From positions 4,193,401 through 4,257,400 of the forward strand of contig CM119269.1 of NCBI GenBank assembly GCA_051294375.1: a DNA stretch of 64,000 bases. The letters run 5' to 3'. Numbering within the stretch: the first letter of the stretch is position 1; each line of letters opens with the position of its first letter. This document shows, one piece after another, positions 1 through 11,674 of this stretch. The DNA comes from Paraspadella gotoi. Taxonomy: Eukaryota > Animalia > Chaetognatha. The notes beneath the pieces are model-generated. The model was not told where the DNA came from, ran no database searches, and worked only from the letters and a program-made list of their open reading frames with translations. Position numbers and translations under genes: made by a program.

Positions 1-2632
1 TTTATTTGTTTTTATTATAGTCCTTCTCGTTTATTTAATTACAAGGCGATGTTCATTTTATTGTCCCAACCGTCAAAACTACGTCGTCGCTTAAGCATCG
101 AATGGAAGAAGGAATGCGCCCAGGTTTCCCTTCGAGGGAGTGTCCCGAAATGAAACCCACCCTCGGAGATCCTCTTGAACGACTTCTCGAGTCGACAGCC
201 GCTCGGGCATCTGCTCGGAAGTCGGGCCACTGCCGGGCGGCGAGGCGGCAGGGCAGGGCAGGGTGCTCGGGCAGGGCGGGAAGAAGGGTGGCCTTATAAC
301 GGGGAAATAAAAGTTTTATTTCTTTTTATCGTTTTTTCTGTTTTGGATTCGTCAAGGCCGTTTTCATCGGCGTCGTCGTTTTCATCGTCGTCGTCGTTTT
401 CATCGTCGTCATCGTCGTTGTCATCGTCATCGTCGACGCCGCTGAAGGACGAATCCCTAAGAGTCGATGCGACGACGCCATTGGCCGCCTTAACAAGGGT
501 GAGGTCAGTGGAATCCAGAAAAGGTGAGGCTGCATTTGGAATTCGGGAGTTTTTAGACGCTTGAGGCGGTCCACTGGTTCTCAACGACAGCGTCGAGAAC
601 TGCGACTTTGGAAAGAGAACCACCCCGCACTCGAGTCTCATTTTAAACTGTGGCGAATACAACAACTGTGGCGACAGAAACAACAACAACAACAACAACA
701 GTAAAAAATAAAAGGAAACTCGTTTCGACAACGATAGTTCTCTCCTTCGTTGAGTTTTGTTACAAATTCGATTGAATTTGATTAAATTAACATTGAAGTT
801 CTCTTTCTCATTCTGTGTCTTATTCTCAATAACACAAAAACGCTGCCTCGAACAAAAGGAACGTTTCTCGACCATGGAATTCCACGATTCCTTCTTATTA
901 TTAGTTTCTTTCGAAAATCCTTTCGTTTTCCTTTAATTTCTCCTTTCAGTTTCCATCGAAGAAAAAGGAAAAAAATGAGACTAATCTCATTTTGCTCTCA
1001 AAAAATAATCCGCAGATGTTTTTTTACCTTTTGTTTAGTTGAAAAAGGATCGAGAGAAAATTGGGGGGGGNNNNNNNNNNNNNNNNNNNNNNNNNNNNNN
1101 NNNNNNNNNNNNNNNNNNNNNNNNNNNNNNNNNNNNNNNNNNNNNNNNNNNNNNNNNNNNNNNNNNNNNNNNNNNNNNNNNNNNNNNNNNNNNNNNNNNN
1201 NNNNNNNNNNNNNNNNNNNNNNNNNNNNNNNNNNNNNNNNNNNNNNNNNNNNNNNNNNNNNNNNNNNNNNNNNNNNNNNNNNNNNNNNNNNNNNNNNNNN
1301 NNNNNNNNNNNNNNNNNNNNNNNNNNNNNNNNNNNNNNNAAAAAAAAAAATCGGAACAAAAGGCGATCAAGGTCGATCGCTTCTTCGTTTCGATCTTCGT
1401 GTCGTCAGATGCGATCGAAAGGAAAAGCGAGGTGGCGCTGGTGGGGGTTGGGGTGGGAGACGAAAGACTGGGAAGATGGGATAAGGCGGGTCGTGGGGAC
1501 TGGGAGATGGGATCACGAAGAAGGATGCCCTCGAGGCGCTGCGGTGGGGGCGTGGGGGTTTATTGACCTCGCGGTGTCGAGATCAGCGACCCAATTTGGC
1601 AAAGACCCCCGAAAGGAGATGGAAAAGAAAGGAAAATAAAAGGAAGGAAAGGAAAATAAAAGGAACGAAAGGAAAATAAAACGGTGGGGGGGGGAAATAA
1701 GGAAAATAAAAGAATCGTTTTCGCAAGAGAGAGAGGGCGTGAGTGAGGGGGGAGGGTGAATGAATCGAATCAAAATGAAAATGTGAATCAAATCGTTAAT
1801 TAAAATGGCGTAAAAATATCGGCGCAGTGAATGAAGTTCACGGAGGAAGACAAACAGGAAACAATTTAGAAAAGTAAGAGAAGAGAAAGATGAAGAGAAT
1901 AAAACTAAAGAAAAAGAAAAAGAAAAAAAAAGGGGAAAAAAAAACGAATGAAAAGCAAGAGGAGAAATGTTTGGGATCATTGTGAGACAAAACATTGGCC
2001 GAAAAAAAAACACATCGCAAAACACGAGATAAACGAGGGAAAAGAATCTCCGTTCGCCAAAGAAGATGGCGCGCGAGAGAGCGTGAGGTCAACGATCACG
2101 GTCACAATCTCCATTTGTTTACTTATTCAGGGTTCGTCGATTTTCAACGTCACGCGTTGATCATTGCCTTCATTTCAATATGTTAGGATTTTCCTTTCTT
2201 TAATCTTTATTTGTTTTTCTTTGTTCGTTTTCTTTTCTTCTTGTTTTTACCGCATCGAAAGGTCTACAGTAAAATCCTGAAGATTTTCTTTGATCCATAT
2301 TCGGCTGACAAGTGACAATCAACAAACATACTAACATACTAATGACACATATCTGACAATCAAATAGACTTTAGTCAAGTCTTCTGACATACAAATGTCA
2401 ATCAATGAATTTCGCGTGCGTGACATGTGATAGGTTCCCCAAATGTCCGCCAAACAATTAAGTAAACTTCACAGGGTTTCACAGTCTTGACATGACATCA
2501 ATAACGTCACTTTAGCTACTCACATCAGTTTTTTTTTCTTTCTTTTGATCGAAATCCTCCAAATGAAAGTTCCTAGACCTACACGTCTATTTTTTCCTCT
2601 TTCCACTATTTTCAAACCTGCCTCCATCATCT

Positions 2633-3513
2633 ATGAAATTGGTACAACCATTATAAAAATTATTTATTCATTTAATAAATAAGCTATCTTGCCCCTGACT
2701 TTGGACAGGCTTTGGTGGTTTAAGGCCTCCATCACTCTTACAAGATAATGACATAGCAGGTCCCTGCAAGCTTTCAGTCAAGACTCTCTCACAGTCTTGT
2801 TTATTCGGTCCCAAAGTACCGGGCTTCCCTATCAATAAATTGGTATAATATCAATCCAGACCGCCCCATTTTTTTACACCTGACTTATCCCACCCTCTCC
2901 CCTTAATTCTCCTGTTCAAATCCTCCCTCCCCCTTCTCCCCCTTATTCTCCTTTGTTTTCAAAACAAACGTTAAAGACGCCAAAACAGAGCGACGGAGAT
3001 TCTGGAATTTCGTTTAAATTCTATAAATCGACAGTTTTTTTTTTTTTGCCATCTATTCTCCGCACATCGACAGAACTGCCTAAGATCTGTCTTCCCCTTC
3101 GACGCCGCTTTCGCTCTCCCGCCCCAACCCGTTCATTTCGATCATTTCTCCTTCGCGCCGTAAACATCGTTATATCGTTTCTTCTGAGAAAGAGAATGAA
3201 AGTGAGAGTTGAGTTTCGGTAAAAAAAAAAAAAAAACAGTGGAATTTCGTTCTTCAGAATCTGGAATCACGCATTTCAGACTAAACTTTTCCTTCATTGA
3301 CCCTCGAATCAGACGATCTTGTCTTCAAACAATAACAGACTAACATTGTAAGCTTGCCGATTTAAAGATTGCAAGCTTGCATGGACCTGCTTAGTCATTA
3401 TCTTGTAAGAGTGATGGAGGCCTTAAACCACCAAAGCCTGTCCAAAGTCTGGGGCAAGATAGTTTATTTATTAAATGAATGGATAATTTTTATATTGGTT
3501 GTACCAATTTCAT
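2633..3513. mobile_element. Non-autonomous element with ~145-bp inverted termini (MITE-like), or two opposed copies of a dispersed repeat
   Basis: 2633-~2779 (atgaaattggtacaacc...gcaggtccctgcaagctt) is the near reverse complement of ~3367-3513. No clean TSD was seen. Confidence 0.65.
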
Positions 3514-3636
3514 TAAAACCGCGCCTGATGACCGGAGTTTTATGAATAGTTTAGTAATACTATTTTATTTATTTTCCCTGCAGAAGTTACAAATTTCTTT
3601 TGAGTAGGTGATAGAGAGAGAGAGAGATGAGATGAT

Positions 3637-3706
<70 letters not shown>

Positions 3707-3766
3707 AGATTCAGAGATTATTCGAGTCAACTTTGGGGACTTTCAGCAGTGTCGCTTAAAGAGGGA

Positions 3767-3797
<31 letters not shown>

Positions 3798-5119
3798 AAG
3801 AAGAGAGAGAGAGAGAAGAGAGAAGAGAGTAGAGAGAGAAGAGAGTAAAAGCTCGGGGGTGAGTCGAATAAAAAAGTTTAAAGAAGCGGAGAGGTGGTAA
3901 ATCAGCGGGAAAAAATCTACAAAAGAATATAATGACTCAGTCTTTGGTCACTTTTTGCGAAGTTATGCGCAAGATCGGGAGCTTGTTTGACCGATCATTA
4001 ATCAGACATAAACATTATTTATCGACGTCTGGAATTTCGCGTGAATAAAAAGAAGGGGCCGGAGATGGGTGGGATTAAAATGTTCTTTTCCCCCCGGAAG
4101 GAATCTTTTTTTCGGTTTTGCGGAAAAAAAAAAGACAAGATTCTGCCGGAAATGTAAGCGCGACTGTTTATTGCTCGTCAGTTGTGACACTTTGTTGACA
4201 GATATTAAAGATTTTCTCGTTGACGATTAACTTTGACGCTCCTATTGTTGTTGTTTTTGTGGTTGTTGTTGTTGTTTTCTAAAAAAATATATTTTAGAAT
4301 TCAAGAATTCTAGCTAAGAATTCTAGCTAAGGCAGTTTGCATGCAATTTATAATAAACATGTCTAAAATTTAGCTACTGCAGATTTTCTCCTTGGATGTA
4401 TGCTATTCTATTCAACCGGAATAGTTGCACCTCTATGAGGGGCAAGAATTTTTGTGAGAAATTTCACGCCCCGGTGAATATTACGTCGCCGTGAGGTGTG
4501 AGGGAGAAAGGAATAAACAAAGAACGGAATAAAGAAAGTAACGAGAGGAAAACAAAGAAAGCGGATCTGATTAAAAAGAAAATTAGTTTGCTTAATTCTT
4601 GATTAGTTGGTCAAGAACAATTTTTAAACAAAAAAACTAACTCTCTCACCGCACACTAAAAAGGAAAGATATCTTCTTTTCGCTTTTTTTGTTTTTTCAA
4701 CGACGAGCAAAGTCAGTCACGTGACGCGAAAAAACAAAAGGAAAACAAACAAACAAACAAATGAGAAGAAAGAAAAACGAAGGCGGAGGCGAAGGAGAAG
4801 ATAGAAAACAGTCGGTCCCTTTGTTGTCTACCGTGAAACTGTCCTCGCCCTTTAATCTTGACTCAATTCACGCGACTCATACGCGACTCAGTCTCGATGA
4901 TCATCGCTCACCGATTCGGTCCCGCGTCAGTACGTTCACGTTGCCATTCACGTGTCGAACATCCGGCATGTCGCCAGCGACTGGCCATTAGATTCCCGCG
5001 GAGGGTCTAATGGACCAGGAGAGAGAGAGAGAGAGACGGGAGAGCGAGAGACAGAGAGANNNNNNNNNNNNNNNNNNNNNNNNNNNNNNNNNNNNNNNNN
5101 NNNNNNNNNNNNNNNNNNN

Positions 5120-5662
5120 GGATTTTAGCTGGGTTGGCTCGCCGCGACCAGACTGGGAGGTCCCGCGTTCGAGACCGGGATCCCCTCTCTCTCTCCCTCG
5201 CATTCCGCGGGTTCTCTCTCTCTCCCTCTGCCGCCAATCTCTTTTGATCGCTCCACTCTTTTTTTAATCACAAATCGTTCGACTTTTTGCAACAGTTTCC
5301 TCATTCGGACTTCATCATAAAGAAACCTGTTTTTGATTAATTTTAAAAGACTAACCATTTTCACATATTGCTATTGCAACCTTTTTGTGAGACCATTCAA
5401 TTTACCCTACAAAGTTTTATTGCCATATTTCTGTCACTACTCACTTAAAAGATTTCATTAACTTCTAATTCTCCAAATTACTACTGCAACTCTTGTTAAT
5501 CTTCTTCAAAATTCTGAAATCACTCTTCACTGCAATTTTTCTTCATCACCTCTCACAAGTTAACACTCACCACTTACCACTCACTCAATTTCAAGTCTGT
5601 GGGAAGAAAAGTCTTTTAATTCCTTCTCAAATTCCTTTCTTCATCAAATTTCGCGACTTTCT

Positions 5663-5750
<88 letters not shown>

Positions 5751-8700
5751 GTTTAATTTTTTTCACGCGAGAACCTGATAAAAATTAGGTTTTAGTCGCT
5801 TGGATTTAAACCGTGAAGAGCATCAAGACAGAGAGAGATTGTTTTCCCCCTGCCATCAATCTGTTTTCACTCCTATTTTATTTTGCTCAATTTTTTTCCG
5901 TCATCAAATACGGATTTTTTCAAAAAAATTTTAAAAAATATATATTTTTTTTGGATAGTGTCCTTGCTTGCATTTTTAAGATTTATCGAAAGGTTAATTT
6001 GCAAAATCTGTTGACAACTCTAATAAATACTATGAGAAAAAAAAAAACAAAAAAAATAATGTAGTCTTTCCATAAAGCGGTTTAAGTTGTTAAATGACTT
6101 TATGTACTCGTTTATGCTGTCTTTAAAAAAAATTTACGTTCCCGTAAAATATTTGACAGGACTTGACTTCTGGTTTTGAATTGAGTCAGGGGGACTGAGC
6201 AGGGGTACTGGCGGGCTCAGGGGCGGCGTGGTGGGTCAGGATATGGAAGGGTGAGGGGCAGATCTTACTTTTTTTAAGGTTAGGAAAGACTTGAGATTTT
6301 GTTCCGCCCATAAACTACGCGAGACTCGAGACTAAAATAAAGTGAAGTCTGGTTTAACGTCTGGACCGGGAATGCCTGGGCCCTGTGTTACGGCGAAACC
6401 GTAAAATATACGAAAATACATTTACGGTTTTTTTTTGTTTTGTTTTTTGGCGAAAAATTAAAATGAGAGGTTTAAGGCTTTTTTAAATGAGTGAATTGTG
6501 ATCACTGATCATAATAAATGATTCACAAAGATAAAATGATGGCTTGGATCTAGCTTCATATTCATAGTCATGTTAAAAAAGTAAACATTCTTACGTAAAT
6601 CTTTTTCATAGCATCCATTATTTTTATACCATATGCCTTTTCGTCAAAATGAGGCGTTCACAACAAGTTACAACTTATCTTATTACTTCCTGTCGGGTTT
6701 TGTCCTCTCAAGACCACTGATCAGTTTATCTCTCTCTCTCTCTCCACATTTGAATTAATCCAGTTCTTGTTTTTCCCTTAATCTCTTTTCCATTTTTGCT
6801 GTTCGCCGTTTTCCCCCCTCACTCCCACACGCGCCTTTTTCCACCCTGCGCATAAACGATCCCAATGAGCCCTTTCCCTTGTCAATCACCTTTTACTAAT
6901 AATTCACGCCGAGTGTCGGTCGGTCCGTCCGTCTGTCGGTCTGTCCTACTTACATTAAAATTGTATACAATTCGCCTATAGTTANNNNNNNNNNCCCTTT
7001 CCCCTTTCTCTTACCCCTCCTCCCCTTAATCCTACCCCTCGTGGACTCTGGTACGAATGATCGCTAAATGTTTCCCTTTTTTAGTTGCGCCGCGAGTAGT
7101 ACCAACTCTATAAGTCACTTTTCGGTCGGTCTGTCGGTCGGTCCGTCCGTCTGTCGGTCTGTCCTACTTACGTTAAAATTGTATATAATTCGCCTATAGT
7201 TATTTGCTCATTTGTTCAGACAGGAAAAAACCTCAAGTTTAAGGGACTGCTAGCGCCGCCTTCAGGAAATCCTAAAGATTTAAAGAATAAAAGAGGAATG
7301 CCTACACAGTGTGTGTCATATATACATAGGCTAAGAAAGTTATTGTAGTGATGAAGTCATGTCACGTCACGTTACATCACATTATGTTTACGTCATTTCA
7401 CGAAAAATATATGTGATAAGACAGTCACTGCGGCGCAANNNNNNNNNNNNNNNNNNNNNNNNNNNNNNNNNNNNNNNNNNNNNNNNNNNNNNNNNNNNNN
7501 NNNNNNNNNNNNNNNNNNNNNNNNNNNNNNNNNNNNNNNNNNNNNNNNNNNNNNNNNNNNNNNNNNNNNNNNNNNNNNNNNNNNNNNNNNNNNNNNNNNN
7601 NNNNAAATAAGGAAAAACGAAAAAGAAAAAAAAGAGAAAGAATTAGAAAGAGTTTAATTCTCTCTTTCCTTTACTTCATCTCCTTTCCCCTTTCCCCTTT
7701 CCCCTTTCTCCTTTCTCTTACCCCTCCTCCCCTTAATCCAACCCCTCGTGGACTCTGGTACGAATGATCGCTAAATGTTTCGAGAGAGAACCTGATCATG
7801 TGGTCTGAAGAGGACAAAACCCGACCAGGAAATCAAGATAAGTTTGTAACTTGTTTAGTGAACGCCTCGATTTTGACCGAACAAAGGCATTATGCCTGTA
7901 TAAAAATATATGGAATGCATGATGAAAAAAGATTTAACGTATCAAGAAATCTGTTTACTTTTTTAACATGACTACAGCAGGCATGAAATGAAAGCCTAGA
8001 ATCCAGTCATCTATTTATCTTTTAATCATTATTAGGTTATGGCAGTTGATCACAATTCCATTTCATTTTTAAAACAGCCTGTAAACCTTTCTCATTTTAA
8101 TTCTTTCGCCAAAAAGAAAAACAAAAAACATAAACCCGTAAATGTATTTTCGTATATATTTTACGGTTTCGCGCGTAACACAGGGCCCCAGGCATAACTA
8201 TCCCGCATTCCAGTCACGTATGAAACCAGACTTCACTCTATTTTAGTCTCGAGCTCTCGCGTTAGCTTTACTGGGCTTGCGAACAAAATCTCAAGTCTTT
8301 CCTAACCTTAAAAAAAGTAAGATCTGCCCCTCACCCTTCCAATATCCTCGCACCCACCACGCCGCCCCTGCCAGCCCGCCCAGTACCCCCTGCTCAGTCT
8401 CCCCTGACTCAATTCAAAACCAGGGAAGTCATAGTCCTGTCAAATATTGTTTTACGGGAACGTAGAATTTTTTTAAAGGACAGGCAATTAAACGTAGCTA
8501 ACATAAAGTCATTTTAAAAACCAAAAAACTTTTTTAAACCCGCTTTATGGAAGAGACGTTACCATTATGTTTTATTTTTCTCATTATAGTCTTCTCATAG
8601 AGTTGTCAACAGATTTTGTAAATACCTTTCTGATAAATTCTTAAAAATTGCAAGCAAGGAAAACTATCAAAAAAAAAAATATGTATTTTTTTTCAAATTT

Positions 8701-8903
8701 TGAAAAAAAATCCGTATTTGGATGACGGAAAAAAAAATCTTGCAGCAACATATAAATAGCGATGTTGAAAAAAACAGATGATGGCAGGGGGAAAACAAGA
8801 TCTCTCTTCTGTCTTAATGCTCTTCACGCTTTTAAATCCAAGCGACTTAAAACCTAAATTTTTATCAGGTTCTCGCCCGGTTGCAAAAAAAATTAACAGG
8901 AGT

Positions 8904-8937
<34 letters not shown>

Positions 8938-10434
8938 TGAGAGAGACGAGCCAGAGGATCTATAGGAGACGGGAGAAGACTAGGGAAAGATCCCTGGAGA
9001 TGAGCAGAAAGAAGAGAGAGAGAAAGTAGAGAGAGAGAGGCGAAGAAGAGTCCGCGAATTTGTATGACAGAAAGGAATGTTGAGAAGGAATGTTAAAAGA
9101 CTGCTTTTCTGTCCCACAGACTTAAATTGGAATGGAGTGCACGTAGAGTTGCAGTGAGTGTAAACCTTGTGAGAAGCGTGATTAAGAAAAAATTGCAGTG
9201 AAGAGTGAGTTTCAGAATTTTTTTGAAAGAAGATTAATCAAGAGTTGCAGATAGTTAAATTTGTCGAGAATTAGAAGTTTAAATGAAATCTTTTTAAGTG
9301 AGTTAGCTGACAGAAAAAATATGGCAATAAAGACTTTGTTAGGGGTTAAATTGAGATGTCTCACAAAAGTTGCAATAGCAATATGTTGGAAAATGGTGTA
9401 GTCTTTTAAAATTAATCCAAAAAACAGGTTTTCTTTATGATGGAAGTCCGAAAATGAGGAAACTGTGCCCAAAAAGCTCGAACGCATTTTGTGATTAAAA
9501 AAAAGAGTGGGAGCGATCAAAAGAGATTGGCGGCATGAGGGAAGGAGAGAGAGAACCCGCGGAAAATGCCGAGGGAAGAGAGGAGGGTATTGCCCGGTCG
9601 GTCGGAACGCGGGACTCCCAGTCTGGTTCGCGCGGCGCAGCCAACCCAGCTAAAATCCCTCGGCGTGAATTATTAGTAAAAGGTGATTGACAAGGGAAAG
9701 GGCTCATTGGGATCGTTTATGCGCAGGGTGGAAAAAGGCGCGTGTGGGAGTGAGGGGGGAAAACGGCGAACAGCAAAAATGGAAAAGAGATTAAGGGAAA
9801 AACAAGAACTGGATTAATTCAAATGTGTTGCGCCCATCACGAACGTGACTGTCTTATCACATATATTGTCTTCTGTTGAAATGACGTAAACATAATGTGA
9901 TGTGTACACGTGACGTGACATTGACTTCATCACTTACAATAACTTTCTTAGCCTATGCTATATAATTTGACACACGACTGTGTAGGCATTCTCTTTTGAT
10001 TCTTCTAAATCTTTAGGAGTTTCCTGAAGGGGCGGCGCTAGCAGTCCCTTAAACTTGAGGTTTTCCTGTACTGAACAACATGAGCAACATAACTATAGGC
10101 CAAATTATATACAATTTTTAACGTAAGTAGGACAGACCGACATGACGTACGGACAACGACCGACAGACCGACCGAAAAAAGTGACTTATTAGAGTCTGGT
10201 ACCTACTCGCGGCGCAACTAAAAAAAAAGGGAAACATTTAGCGATCATTCGTACCAGAGTCCACGAGGCGGTAGGGATTTAAGGGGAAGGAAGTGGGTAA
10301 GAGAAATTTGGCGAACAGGGGAAAGGGGAAAAAGAGGGCGAAAGGAGATGAAAGTAAAGAAAGAGAGAGAACTTTAAAAACCTCTTTCTAATTCTTTTTC
10401 TACTATTTTTTTCTTTTTCGTTCTTTCCTTATTT
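5120..10434. repeat. Block-wise inverted duplication, probable assembly artefact
   Basis: 5120-6740 matches rc of 7781-9657 (indel-rich); 6746-6912 matches rc of 9659-9826 (near-identical); 6995-7438 plus 7605-7720 match rc of 9827-10434 (indel-rich). Confidence 0.85.
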
Positions 10435-10970
10435 CTTTCAGATTTAAAAAAAAAAATATTCGCTTCCGAATGATTTTTAAAATATTTGTTGCGCATGTTT
10501 GCAATTTTCACAGATTTCACAGCATAGCTTTGTTTACAAACGGTCGGTTGCGCTGCGAAAACCAAGGAATTTNNNNNNNNNNNNNNNNNNNNNNNNNCCT
10601 TCTTTCCGCCACGGAATCGACGAAGCACAAAATCCAAGTTGTTTTTCCTTCTTCGTTGGAAAAACAAATGAACAAAATCTGATCCTTAATCAAATTTAAT
10701 GATTCGTTTGTTCTCTTCTCCAAAATCCTAGAAATCTTTATAACGAGGAAATTTTTAAGTTCGTGGAAGCGGAAGAAGAGGTCGCTTAATATTATTGAAT
10801 GATATTAAAAATTCGCTCGGGGGGAGAAAAAGTTGACGTTGGTGGTCTCGATCCGCCGACCCGACGATATATCACGTGGGAAATAAAAATAAATGAAAGT
10901 TTTTTTTTTTGGTTGTTTTTAACGAGGTAGTATGAAAAAATGAGAGATGTGAAGGAAATCCTAAGGTACG

Positions 10971-11004
<34 letters not shown>

Positions 11005-11502
11005 CGAAATCTTAATTCCGCTTCATTATTTCTTGTCTCCTTGAGTAAAGTGACGTTTGATGATTTTCTTTTCTTTTTTTTTTCTTAATTCTAAAAATAT
11101 TAAATCAACTTAATCTTTGCCGCGAATGGTTAAAAACCGGTTTAATTTAAACGCTTCCTCGGATAAAAAAAAANNNNNNNNNNNNNNNNNNNNNNNNNNN
11201 NNNNNNNNNNNNNNNNNNNNNNNNNNNNNNNNNNNNNNNNNNNNNNNNNNNNNNNNNNNNNNNNNNNNNNNNNNNNNNNNNNNNNNNNNNNNNNNNNNNN
11301 NNNNNNNNNNNNNNNNNNNNNNNNNNNNNNNNNNNNNNNNNNNNNNNNNNNNNNNNNNNNNNNNNNNNNNNNNNNNNNNNNNNNNNNNNNNNNNNNNNNN
11401 NNNNNNNNNNNNNNNNNNNNNNNNNNNNNNNNNNNNNNNNNNNNNNNNNNNNNNNAGTGAGTGAGTGAACTGCAGCCACGACTCCCCTCCCCCACACACT
11501 AG

Positions 11503-11674
11503 GAATACGGTCAAACTTTGGTGGAGAAATGGGAGAAGAAGTTGGAGGCGGAGTTGAAGAGTCGCGATCATCGGATCCGCGACTTGGAATCGCTCGTCGA
11601 AGTCGTCGACAAGAAGTTGGAGTCGCTCGTGGAGAGAGTCGACGGAGTTGAGAAGGAGCAACAGTCTTTTCGGG
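11503..11674 (+). CDS. Coiled-coil gene exon (EYGQTLVEKWEKKLEAELKSRD...)
   Basis: ctag| acceptor and |gtgagt donor; preceded by a 46-nt intron starting gtgagt at 11457. Confidence 0.7.

Noticed and set aside
294-875. Minus-strand 193-aa ORF with an acidic tract
   Set aside because: Low-complexity (GAC)n-driven ORF with no recognisable domain or convincing splice partners; could be UTR.
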